Part shown: in pieces, positions 1 through 12,298 of the stretch
Position numbering within the stretch: position 1 is the first letter of the stretch
Layout: every line of letters starts with the position of its first letter
Assembly: GCA_051294905.1 (NCBI GenBank)
Contig: CM119386.1
Span: 2,666,001 to 2,730,000 of the forward strand
Origin: Botryllus schlosseri
Lineage: Eukaryota
Reading direction: 5' to 3'
Length of the DNA stretch: 64,000 bases
The notes under the pieces: model-generated
The model's input: only the letters and a program-made list of their open reading frames with translations
Database searches by the model: none
Told to the model about the DNA's origin: nothing
Translations under genes and position numbers: made by a program

Positions 1-232
1 TCTTAGAAAACCCAACTGTCCTTATTTCTAAGATTTGTCCTTATTTTCGACTTGCGTCCTTATTTTGTCTTATTTTCAACAACTATAGAACTTCGATCAT
101 TTGCCTCTGGTATATCTGTGTTGCATAATATTCTAAAATTATGCTTTTACGTCCAGATTTTATGACTTCATAAATGAAAGGAACTCCCGTAACTGGATTT
201 AACTTCGAAGTGGTGCGATAGCTTAGCAAGGG

Positions 233-570
233 TAGGGTTACCATACGTCCTCTTTTAAGAGGATTAGTCTTCTTTTTTGAAAGTGCCCTCTGACGACGCC
301 CTTATGTCATCTTTTTTGAGATTTTGCCTCTTTTTTGAGAATTTCGGTTAAATACAGGGAAAATACGACTGAGACACAGTAAATGACCACTGAAGTAACG
401 CTCCGGCGGCTATTTCGGGAGCTGAGCCGGAAAGTCGACCTTATTTATTTAGTCAACCGACCACGAAGTGGGAAAAATTTACCATTTTTCAGGGCTTTCC
501 TTCGGTATTGCAATTCAGAAAATTTTTATAAAGTGTCCTCTTTTCAGATTTCAAAAATATGGTAACCCTA
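233..570. mobile_element. hAT-type MITE (TAGGGTTACCATA termini)
   Basis: TIR TAGGGTTACCATA...TATGGTAACCCTA; 8-bp flanks AGCAAGGG/AGCTAGGG. Related copies at 2182-2520, about 33350-33604 (interrupted) and an end near 50109. Confidence 0.75.
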
Positions 571-2181
571 AGCTAGGGCAGTGAGTGGTGTAGCCGTTTC
601 GGCTGTACCAAGCTATCGCTTACCAGGTTTCTGCTGTTTAGTCCAAAGCAGAATAACCTGCAGGGAAGGCAGCATTTATTGCGTACTGAAAAATGGCGTC
701 GACACTAGGGTTAAAAAGTGAAGCTAAAGTAAAATTATTAATTTACCTAAATTATATTGTACATATAGTGTTAGCTATTAATAAGGCTAAATCTGGTAGT
801 TAAATGAGCAGGCGTAAAAACGCTTATCGTAACGATAATGAGAGAGTATTCAAAGGTATCAAAGGAAGCTTGAAGGGCGAGTGCTTCGCACATTGCGATT
901 GTGACATTAACCTGGAGCTTTTGTGTTGTACCCGTTGATAGAACGCAATGCGATCGGTTCCTAGGATTTTATTAACATAAAATTAAAGCTAATGTATCTG
1001 AATACAATACGGCAATAAAACAGAGTTAACGCAGGTACAACAAACAGAGACGATACCGCACCCAGCTATCAGTATGAACTTAATAGTCATGACGTAAAGG
1101 CAATCAGAAAGCAATCAGCATATTCACCATCTAGTGGTCAAATGGTACTGAATCACCACTTGCTGCCGAGGGTGTCTGGGCATTCCATACTGCAAACACC
1201 GGCAATCATTCCGCACCAACGATTGCACATCGAAATTATTCTAAGCAATATTCCCCCATTCTAACATAGCAAAGAAGTTTGCTTCGGCAAGGACCTAGAC
1301 TACCAGCATTGTTACTGGAGTTCTTGCTCCATCTAAACTTGATGTACAACCTTTTTCCATCATGGTTGATGCCATAAATCACAACGAGGTGAAGAAGTTT
1401 AGTTTATCACCCCACCTTGGGGCCCAAGATCAATGTGTTTTTGGGGGGCTGACGAAGTCCTGTTTCGGCCCTGAGTAAAGGTAAACCTAGACCTGAGCTG
1501 TCGTGAGATCCATGAAGCACCTTATATAACAAGGAGTCGCTGGACCAGGTTGTTTCTGGAATGTGATATGCCACGGCTCGTATAAATACAACGTATGTAC
1601 ATTGTACAATAACGGTTTTTAATGCTTATCTAATTTTTCGACTGTCCTTATTTTTGGGTCCATGTCGATGGCAACCCTGTGTATAGACTAAAACATAGCC
1701 ACCAATCGGGGTTTCTCTGGCAATTCCGACTCCAAAGTGGGGTAATATTCGTTTCTGCGTTCTCTATTTATATGGTTTTGGGGCATTCTTATCCCATTAA
1801 CCCATTTTGAATGTTTTGGTGGGGCCCAAAAATACTGTTGCTAGCAAACGTAATTACTGTGGCATAATGGTGGCAGTACCTTCACAAAAGCGCGCTTAAC
1901 ATGCTGCCTAGATGCAGAGGATACAAACGCCCTGTATACTCCCATACATATTTTGGTTGGGAATATAGTAATCTGAGTGGATCAAGTATTCATCAACCAG
2001 AAAATATATAAGCCTGAGGCTATTGTGGTATTTTGAAATTATTATAATCAATTCAACACACATCCCCATCTACCCCGGATTGGACCGGCACTGATTTTGC
2101 TCGCCACCGATCAGCTTGCTGGGTTATGGAAAACAGCCAACTGGAATGAAACCTATGGCTTTCGATGCGAGGAGTGCTAAC

Positions 2182-2520
2182 TAAGGTTACCATACGTCCT
2201 CTGAGAAAACCCAAAAGTCCTCCATTTTGGCAATTCGTTCCCCTTTTTAGCCTGAGCCTTGAGAGCCAGGCGATCATACACGAAGAACTCAAAAAATTCC
2301 CTAAATGACGAGACATCTGAATTTCGATGGCAGTGACGGCAAGGTTGACTAAAAAAGTCAACGCCAACCGAAATTACATGGGAGCTGGTATTTCGGGAGT
2401 CGAGTTTTTATTTTAGTCAACGCAAAAATATTTCCCGTACAAACTTTTTCAATTAGCCCTTTTCTCGCCCCGTACGATAAAGCGTCCTCTTTTTACGGAT
2501 CTCCAAATATGGTAACACTA
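2182..2520. mobile_element. hAT-type MITE, same family as 233-570
   Basis: TAAGGTTACCATACGTCCTCT...AAATATGGTAACACTA; internal similarity to the 233-570 copy; no clear TSD. Confidence 0.65.
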
Positions 2521-2631
2521 GAATGTTACCAATTGGCTGAGCTGCGGTTACCGTCAGTTATTGAGTCTTAACTTATCGATCAGCTATAGGCGGCTTGACT
2601 GCAAGTTGAGCCATTACCTGTTCGAACTTAC

Positions 2632-5600
2632 CCGTCCGTATCAGAGAACTGATGAGCAATTTCGAATTGATGTACACGTCGTCGTCAGACTTGACGATGT
2701 ATTTCGCATTGAAGCATTCGCGGGAAGCCCATTTTAACCCCATTACATTTTTCAGCGTTATGTTCCGGTACACTTCCGCAAAGTCTTCTTGAAGAATGTC
2801 GGCGTGTATGGAATGCTCTGTCGCGATCACTTTTTGGAGGGTGGAATTGCCCGGATTCCCGAGGAGGAAAATTAACTGCGAAGATTACATTGCAAGTACT
2901 TTGCGAAAGTCGAAAATGAAGTCACTGTTGCTATTCGATTATAGATAACTAACAATAAATTTTCATCAAGGCAATGGAACCACCCCGAAACAGCCTTCAA
3001 AGTCTGAAAATCGGCATTATTCTAAACAATCGCAACGACGCAGCACAATGACCATAACAATGGTCCTTGCGTGGTTGCGATTGTTCAGAACAATGCCGAT
3101 TTTCAGACTTTGAAGGGTATTTCGATGGGGTTCCATTGCCCTGATCAGATTTTAATGTGTATTATCAGAATCAGCGCGACTAGCTTTCAAATAAGATCAA
3201 CTCCATTAAATTTGAGCGATCGCGTCGTCATCTATGGGATTTGCAATTACTTTGCTATTTCATGCTATGAAGCGACAACAAATCTGCGACTGAAGCATCA
3301 CTCGAACGTGAATTACGTGATGCGCATCTATCCGTAGGTTAGTTATCTACAATTCGATCAGCGTGTACTCAAAGGTGGTGTGGACACCACTGAGTGACGA
3401 TACTGAAACTTACTGCGAAGCTGCATAACACAACCAAGATATACCATGCTAAATTTCGTCATCCATCTCGGCATGGAACACTTTCAAAATTCACATATAC
3501 CAATATCAAATTTTGCGAAAATTCCATTGAGCGGTACGCTCATTACGACATCAGCGCACGCGGAACCTTGATACTCGACTTTGATAACGTACTTACTACT
3601 GTAATTATTGGGTCACAGCCTTAAAACTTCGTACAGTGTCAGATGCCATCATGAAGATATGTAGTACAAAATTTGCTATCCATCGCCGTATTGAACACAA
3701 TCAAAATCTACGCATACCAACACTGTTTTACGTGAAAAATCAGTTATGCGGTAGGCTGAAGGTCAGATGATTGCATCTTACACTGAGCCAATTTTTGACG
3801 GTGTGACTCGGGGATCAGGATAGTAATTTCGTTATCGTAGTCGAGTATATCTAGTACATCGCTGACCTGCCATCTAGCCTACCGCATGACAGATTTTTCA
3901 CAAAAGCCGAAATTGCTATAATGCTATATGTAGGTTTTGAATGTGTCTTATTCAGCGGGGATAACAAAATATCGTATTATATATCCTGATGGAGACATCT
4001 AGCACTGTATCGAGTTTTAAGGCTGTGAATCAATTATTACGGTAGCAATTTCGTTATCAAAATCGCATTCAGCCTGCCGCATAGCAGATTTTTCGCAAAA
4101 GCCAGTATTGGTATGTGTACACTGTACAGTTTAAATGTATTTTATAAGGCGATGGATAATAAAATTTCGTATTGTATATCTTGATGAAGGAATCTAACAC
4201 TGTAACAAGTTTCAAGGGTATGACTCTATAATTACAGTACTAAGTACGTTATCAAATTCGAGTATCAGGGTCTACGTGTGCTGATTTGGCATTGAGCCTA
4301 CCGCATAAATGAATTTTCGCAAAATTTGATATTGGTATGTGAATTTTGAAAGTGTTCCATACCGAGATGGATGACGAAATTTGGCATGGTATATCTTGGT
4401 TGTGTTATGCAGCTTCGCAGTCGGTTTCAGTATCGTCACTCAATGATTAGCATAGTAATTCCGTTATCAACGTCTACAATATATCGGTGCGCGCGGATTT
4501 ACTCGATACTCGACTTCGACAGCGAAATTACTACGCTAGTCATAAAGCCATAGTCTTGAAACTTTGTACAGCACAAGATGACAGCGTCAAAATATACCAT
4601 ACGAAATTCTGTCACCCAACTCGATATAGAAAATAGTTAAAATCAACGAAGAGCAATAGCGACTTTGCCTTTAATTACTGTTGCAGACGGATCGACAATA
4701 ACAAAGTCGTCAAAGGTATCTGGGCGTGAAAGTCACGTGACTTCCGAGTGTCCACACCACCTTTGAGTACACGCTGATTCGATGCCGCAGTTTTCGTCCC
4801 AGTACGAGTACTAAAGTATAGAAATTAAACATGGAACGGCAACGACCGATTTTGCAGCTTCGTTCCGCTCCGCCGAGGCTGGAGTGGAGAGTGGTTTTGC
4901 GTAAGCGACTGTAGGACTTCTGGCAATCCGAAAGCTATCTTCCCGAGCACAGAAATTATTGAATATGGTCTTAATCGAAAGCCACTGTTGCACCGATTCC
5001 GAAAATATAAATTAAAATAATGATCAGGCACTGATCCACCTAGAATCCGTCCTCCAAGTCGAAATATCAGCATTGTTCGAACAATCGGAGAGTCGCAACG
5101 GGTCATTGTTATGGTCATTGTGTTGCGGTTACCCGATTGTTCTGAACAATGCCGATATTTCAGACTCGGAGGACAGATTCTAGGTGGATCAGTGCCTGAT
5201 CATTATTTAAACTTATATTTTCGGAATCGGTGCAACAGTAGCTTTCGATCAAGACCAGATTCAATAATTTCTGGGCTCGGGAAGATAGCTTTTGGATTGC
5301 CAGAAATCCTACAGTCGCTTACGCAAAACAATTCTCCTCTCCAGCCTCTGCGAAGCGGAACGAAGCTGCAAAATCGGTCGTTGCCGTTCCATGTTTAATT
5401 TCTATAACTTAAGTATCGATTTTAAGTGGACTATCTAGTCAACAGCGCTCTCTTTCGGACGGCGACGCCTATCACTATGACATTTTCACAGCTGCTAGGT
5501 GTCGCTATGATCTATACATAATACATATAAATATGAAATTGTAGTTCTACTCTGCACAATTTAGATTTGACAGCAGAAAAGTGCATCTATACGATGAACA

Positions 5601-8271
5601 TAAAATCTCAAAATTGTGGTCCCCCTCTTTCGATCTGACGTCCTTCGTTAGGATGTACTAGGTCAGTATTTAAATTGAAGGAATATGTGCAACCCAACCT
5701 CGTGAAATTTTACATTAAACATTAAAATTTCAAGTTTATTTTCGAAAGTTCGCTCAGAAATTCCGTAAATCGCAGCAGGGTAGATCTAAGCCAAACGACT
5801 ATTAGCACATCATAGGTCTGGATGTTAGCTTTTCAAATAACCATGATTGAATACTTTACGACAGATATGTCATACAAATTTTCGATTCGTGATAAAGCTA
5901 TTTTACAAAATTTTACAATGGGTCGAAACATTAACGAACATTTGCCAGTAATAAAAGATACTAAAGATATGCCGGAAAAATCGGAATTATGCAATTTTTA
6001 GTTATTTTGGGTGAGATAAGGCCATATGTGTTTTCAAACTTTTAACTTGCTAGTCCCCAGTGGAAAACGTTTATAATCAGAAGATGCTTGTTGGCGACGA
6101 AGGCATGGAATGGCACAGGTAGGCTATAACTGCTCTTTCGAAACCATACTTCGCGACCTCGATAGAGGAGCTCTATCGCTCTATTATCACTATAATTTCA
6201 CTGTCAAACACTAAACGGACACGTAAATGCACCCTAAAAACAGTTTCTGCGTGACGAAATTCGAAATGTGAAATGGTAGATTCTTTGACCTAGAACATGT
6301 GGAATAAGACGGTGGTAGGAGAGAAAAGGTAAAGCAAATTATGTAACTGATTCAAAGTGGTAACAAATACTTATCCAATTCTGCGAAATATCAGAATGCT
6401 GGCTTATTATTACTGGTCATGGTCAGGTATGATTTCGAATCGTATAATAAACCGCATTTATCGTGGTTCCAAAATCCGCTTCTGGGGTAACTGTGGATCG
6501 AAAACACGTTGTGTAAAACTGATTCAAAGTCGATTCGAATTATCTCTGATGCGGTACGATTCGAATTAGGCATTACGAATGAAATAAGAAGCCAACAGTT
6601 TCAATCTATACGTCTGTTATGCTCGTTTTTTCAGTCGGTAGCACTAACCTCAGTGAAGCGGTTCCCTATCGTACCCCATGTCTCCCTGATTACTTTTCTG
6701 TGCTCGAAGTTGTCCGCCCTACTGTGAACTATGAATAAGATCAGCAGTTTCCGCTTGCGATGCTCTCCCTCCGGGATGTCACTGAAGATATATAGGTGTT
6801 TAGGTATCACATGAGAAGAAAGATAGTGCTCGGCAAAATGTTACGGCGCCTGTTGGACACGTACTTGACGTCCCATATAAATTGAGACGAGTGGTGCACA
6901 GCACAGTACACATGGCGTCGTAATGAACAGGTTGACAAGCTTTCGCCAAGCTCGAGGGGGGGGGGCAAAATTATTGTAAATAGAGTACCATTTTGTCTTA
7001 TTTCTTCAATTCGGAAACATTTTCATTCTTCTCTCGATTTACTGCCGCAATACTTTATGGCGAGCATTTCCTCCAGTAAAATACACAGCATTCGTAGAGC
7101 TCGATCCGATTGTCTTCGCCGTTGCAACAAAGTAATGCAACGAGTTTGCAATATGCTTCCTTATGCTTTCAGTAATATTTCTCGCAATATTCATCGTCTC
7201 GCACTTGACCCCAGCGAATTGCGTAGCCGAATGGTAACCTTTTACCATCACACTTACTTCGTTAACATATTTACACCGAAACGCATAGGACCTCAGGACA
7301 CTGTTTAACCCAAAGGGATCAACTCACTTTGCATGGTTACCGATGCATAGATTCCGTTCCGGCGTCAGCAAATAGGGGAAGATGTGTTGGGATATATTTG
7401 GAATGTCAATCAAAAATCCTGCAGGTATGACAACATCTTGATCGACTATTCTCTGCAAAAATGATGTACTTCATACCTACGATACATTCTACATAAATGG
7501 CCAAAGCAAAAATGATTATTATCACTTTATCCGACTCTGGTAACTCGTCGTCTTCTCTTGGTATGCGGTGTGAAGCTCTAAATAGATAAGGATAAATGTC
7601 AATCCGTTACTTATAATCAAAATCTATCTTTGTACAATCATAAATGGACACATCGGTAAAATCTATACAAGCTTTTGTTAAATCAATACTAGTTAGCACC
7701 CTATTTTACCGGACCATGACCTGAGCTGACATATCGATCTCGCCTTCCAACACTTGCCACCTTTTTATCACCTGTACTTTTACATTATCTTCCTTTACTT
7801 TACATTCAGGGTCCTTGCCTTTTTTTTGTATCGCCCAGGCCAGGCAGGTGTCTGATATCGACGACTACTCCAAGTCGTTTCGACACCTTTCTATCTTTCA
7901 TTGTATCGTAGGCTTGCGGTGTATTGAAATGATGAAATTATTAGCAATAAATTGAATCGAATTGAATTGAATTTTCATTCTAGAATCATCCGCAAATTAA
8001 TGCGACGATGATGTGACGTTCGCCATAACTGAGAGTTCAGATTCAGCTCTTACAGCCTTGGATTCACCTCTGGCAAATTCACACCGTCTATGATGGGATA
8101 TTATCGCTATACGTATTACGTATACATCATAAAAGCTGTCATTATACAATAAAGCCACAGCACACTCACTCACCTCTGATAATAAAATCGTTCTACCGTA
8201 ATTAGTGTTATATATAACACACATCCGAAGCAGATTAACTTTTTGAGAAACCGGCTAGGCAAATTGTACAT
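2632..8271 (-). CDS. Beta-1,3-galactosyltransferase-like (GT31/Galactosyl_T) multi-exon gene, 3' part unresolved
   Basis: Minus-strand exons with canonical splice sites: 8174-8271 (MYNLPSRFLKKLICFGCVLYITLITVERFYYQ, type II TM anchor, donor GTGAGT); 7328-7418 (HIFPYLLTPERNLC stem); 6649-6781 (LLILFIVHSRADNFEHRKVIRETWG); 2632-2875 (LIFLLG...DILQEDFAEVYRNITLK..MGLKW...YIVKSDDDVYIN, DxD motif). Phases chain 7418>6781>2875. One short exon between 8174 and 7418 is not firmly placed. Exons 912-960 and 624-657 are phase-compatible but tentative. Confidence 0.85.
3359..4776. mobile_element. Non-autonomous foldback-type element
   Basis: 30-bp TIR CAGCGTGTACTCAAAGGTGGTGTGGACAC; 7-bp direct repeat ATTCGAT at 3352-3358 and 4777-4783; internal about 190-bp units in tandem and inverted orientation (3394-3480 mirrors 4345-4440). 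Confidence 0.75.
4809..5415. mobile_element. Palindromic MITE with about 290-bp inverted arms
   Basis: The two arms are near reverse complements, which explains mirror ORFs 4825-5118 and 5111-5398. Related copies at about 2970-3200 (centre), 23455-23980 and 54130-54355 (one arm). Confidence 0.85.
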
Positions 8272-9023
8272 CGATATCTTGCAGCAAGCTTACATCGACG
8301 CAATCTTGTTACTTCTTTCTCTCCAGATTGCCACCGTATTCAAAGTTGCTAATGAAGCATATACTGTGACATTGCATTCTATTCTATTCAGTGCACTGAC
8401 TGGCTGCTATAGCGCCCATACATGTATGACAAATGTCCCCCGGCATTTTACTCACTTGCTAGTCCGTAAGGATTTGCCAGTACTCCGTTAACTGTTTTGT
8501 TACGATTGAATACGGCTCATTTAAAAGCACAAGATACTGCGGTTCTAGTCGCGGCTGTAGCACGTTTCAAAGTGTATGAGATTTAACTTAGGGATAGATA
8601 TAGTGCTATATATTAAGGGCTGTTCAAAAATAACTTTTTTGGGGGGATTGCAGCCATTCAGTGATTAAATTGTCAAAATACCCTAAAAAAAAACACTGCT
8701 CACCAAATTAGGTTCAATTCCAACCCCATGAAATTGTTGAGCTGTCTTCAAAGACGATACAAAACATATTTGACTCAATTCCAACTAGTAGAAGCCGAAT
8801 TATTGATGTTTTTCGTCGAAAATTCTCGGATTATCCTTGATTACTTTGAACTTTTTTTTTATTTGGATCTGCGGAGTTTCATACTTGTTAAAATTGAACC
8901 AAATTTGGGGTGCAGCGTTTTGGCGGATGAAAATAATGGAGCGGCCGATTTGATTAACTCATTAGCAGCCATTAGCGATTAAGAAATTATGCCATCATCA
9001 ATTTAGCCTGATTTACTTATCGT

Positions 9024-10034
9024 ACTGAGGTCTAAAACACACGGCCCGCCAGATCATTTTGTGCGGCCCGCGGCGACATTTTAGATTTTCATTAATTTTA
9101 CAATATATAACTGCCACATATATCTTTTCAAGTTTTAAAGTGAAACTTCGTTCTTAAATTGCCCCGAAAGCCTGACACTATTCATCAAACTTCACTATCT
9201 GCGCCCGTGCAGTAGAAAATTCACTATTTCGCCACATTTCCAATTCATGACGACAAACTCTGACCCTTAGTTAGTCTCTAGTCATTGACAGCACTATGCT
9301 TAGACGATTCGTGACTGAAATGTGTGAGTTAGACTTGGACACGACCTTTATATGAATTACTCGGACTCGGGCAGACTCGATGGCCAAATGAAAATGACCC
9401 GAATGGACACGGTCACGGGGATAGATCAGAAGGTCGCAGCTCGGTGTTTCGCTTACTAATCAAGTAGTTATGGGTTGCTCGGTGTTCCGAGATTTCTATA
9501 ACTATGACACATTCAATAATATATTTATATTGTTATTTTTTTGCTCTAATATTCGAAGGTAATTGACCATGAGCTTATTAACCTACTTATTAGGGAATAT
9601 TTCAGAATCCTGGATTGGGCTACACTGCTAAACCCAAAAATACTGTGATATCAGATCAATCTCTATTATAAACCTGTTAAATTCAAAATATTTATAGTAG
9701 CTAGAAAATTATACGTGATAGCTTTTTTGATGACATTATATATTTTTTCGCTCACATGGCGTCTATATCTTATAATTAATATATATCAAGTACAAAAACA
9801 CTTCTATTCAAATGGTCATAAATGTGATGATTTTTTTCATGCCAGGCCTAAATTGATACGGAAATAAATAACATTTTATGATGTGTGTTGAATGTAAGTC
9901 TGCTTTATCGGCTCACTTTCAATAGGACAACTTCATCCCGTCAACTAAGGCCTACTTGGAAAGACATGGAATACCCTTATTGATGCTGCGGCCCGCGGCG
10001 TCATCAAAAACGGGAAAATTGGCCCGCGAGCACA
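9024..10034. mobile_element. MITE-like element with (CA)GAGGTCTCAAAC-type termini
   Basis: Left CTGAGGTCTAAAACACACGGCCCG and right GAGTTTGAGACCTCTG, with subterminal GCGGCCCGCG motifs. Confidence 0.5.
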
Positions 10035-10183
10035 TTTGAGTTTGAGACCTCTGGTCTGATAGGTCTTTCCGGCCTGACCAAACGCCTCACTATAATCCAT
10101 ACCATTTATATAGGATATAGCCAGATGTTGTTAATCTAATCAACGTTGTTAGAAGTCGAAAATCAAGGCCGACTATTAATGTG

Positions 10184-11005
10184 TAGGGCAATTTTTTTAC
10201 ATGTCAAAAAAAGCCAAAATTGTAAACGAAGTCATTTTTTTACAATCTGCATTGCGTTTGTATCTTAGATTTTGCACTGTCGGGGAACTTATCATTTGAC
10301 ATTTTACAGCCTGTAGCCTACTTTATAGGCCTACCGTTGTAGACGGCCCATTGTCTGCTCATTGTGAAGCATAAACATTGAAATAAAACAAATAGGTTGA
10401 CATGGTGTTATGCTCAACATCTTGCAAATTCCTAACTGACGCAAGACTGTGTGGGCATTGCATGGATCTTATATCAAGAAGCGCATTATGTGAAAAATTG
10501 TGACGTAAACGCCTATGTTAGAATGAAGCAACACGGTGTGTCACCAGCAGTGTACGCATGCATTGCACGCACACCTTCGGTGTTGTCAGCCAACAACAGC
10601 TACTGTTGAACGTTCTTTTTTCATTCTAGGCAATAAGCTACTTATTAGGAACAGACACTTTCTACCCGAGAATGTAGGAAAGTATCTGTCGTTGTTGTAC
10701 TACAACAGATTTTAAATATTTCTACCATAATACGTGATGCAACTACTGGAATTCTTCATAGGGCCAGATTTCGTTAAAATCAAGTTTTTTCCATGGAAAA
10801 AATTGTCACTTTTTGAGTCAAAAAAGTTTTTTCAGGTCGAACTACTTCGTAAGGACAGACCGTTCGAGCTGGAAATGAAGATAAGTAGTACAACTCCTAA
10901 TTTGCATACGTTAGGTCAAAATTAAGTTTTTTGAGATCAAAGAATGTCAAAATTTTGATTTTCAGGTCAAAATCTACGTTTTCTTAGGTCAAAACGATTG
11001 CCCTA
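10184..11005. mobile_element. About 830-bp non-autonomous element with TAGGG...CCCTA termini, copy 1
   Basis: Collinear with 36135-36975 over its whole length; subterminal GGTCAAAA repeats; fragment near 56650-56800. Confidence 0.75.
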
Positions 11006-11540
11006 ATAATGAAATTTTAAAAATATGACTTGCGGTGCAACATCGCAACCAACGAAAAATGACTCATGAGTCATGACTCTAGAGATATGTGAAATTTTCG
11101 AATGTTGCATTGTAACGGAGTTTGGTATTTTGACGCAACCATGCCGTCTGGGAGCAGGTGAGGAGCAGCGCAAAATGCAAGCGTATTGGCCATTGTTGCG
11201 CAACCGATGGAGCATCCACACTCTCACTCTCGTGCACACTTGCTCCTGAGCTGCGCAGACGGCGTTGGTTGCGTCACAATACCAAACTCCGTTACAATGC
11301 AACATTCGAGGCTGATTTTGCAGGGTTCCAGGGTCACCAGCAAAATAAAATTTATATTTTTGCAATCAGTACCGCGGCAGCTTTCGATTGATGCCCGTTT
11401 TATCAAATTTCGCGCTCGGCAAATCGGTCAAAAATCACCGTCAAATTGCCTTCAGCCAAATGGAAAGAGTGATCGATACCAATTTCACTGAGCCGTGACA
11501 TTTGTTCGATGATATGCTCTTTCGATCAATACAATAAATA

Positions 11541-11820
11541 CAGTCCATCCTCAAGATTACCGGACCACGACTGACCTATCGATCTCGCTTCCCATGACAT
11601 GCCGCCCTATTTCTTGTCGCATTCTTTTTCTATACTATCTTCTTTACTTTCATTCAGTGTGCATGCCTCCTCTTTACATCGCCTAGGCCAAGGTGGGTGT
11701 CAGATTCCATAGACTACTCCTTGTCGCTTCGACATCTTCCTGTCTTTTCATTGTATCGCATTTTTGTGGTGTATTGAACTGATAAAATTGCTAATAAACC
11801 AATGATGATGATGATGATTC
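11541..11820 (+). repeat. About 270-bp SINE- or LINE-3'-end-like repeat with AATAAA and microsatellite tail
   Basis: Copies near 7709-7975, 11541-11820, 19585-19775 (minus), 50551-50825, 51195-51412 and 54365-54560. The copies with a visible 3' end finish in AATAAA plus a short tandem tail. Confidence 0.75.
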
Positions 11821-11864
11821 TATGATCTGATTAATTCATGCATGACGACGACGGAACTAGAAAC

Positions 11865-12298
11865 CAGAGATGAGCATGGATTAGGATTAGGTTTTGAAAA
11901 AACAGGATTTGTAAAATTTTGTCGGATTTGGATTGGATTTGGATTAGACATTTTTTTCAGAACGGATTAGGATTTGGATTGGATTTACCTATTTTCTGGG
12001 AGATTGAAATGTCGTGTGGCGAATGGCGACCACCGACCAACTTTATTCAGATCAGTTATTAGTGTACTTATGCTTACTAAGTTATCTTGAATCAAGTGAA
12101 TCGTTGGTTGTGAAAGAAAATTTCCGAATCCCTCCATTGCATAAATTAGTATTTTTTCTGAATTTCCAGTTGGAATCAGATTAGGATTGGACATGGACTT
12201 GAATAGGAAAAAGTTATGGATTAGGATTTGGATATGGATTTGAAGGTTCGGATTTGGATTGGATTAGGACATAGAAATTTCAAATCCGCTCATCTCTG
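11865..12298. mobile_element. hAT-type MITE filled with GGATT(A/T)-type short repeats
   Basis: TIR CAGAGATGAGC...GCTCATCTCTG; perfect 8-bp TSD CTAGAAAC. Confidence 0.85.

Noticed and set aside
4825-5398. Mirror-image ORF pairs (also 43140-43376 and 43502-43738, 44206-44388 and 48580-48762)
   Set aside because: Produced by palindromic or duplicated MITEs, not genes.
11865-12298. GGATT-repeat tract as telomeric or CRISPR-like array
   Set aside because: Irregular units, no unique spacers, enclosed by TIRs and a perfect TSD.
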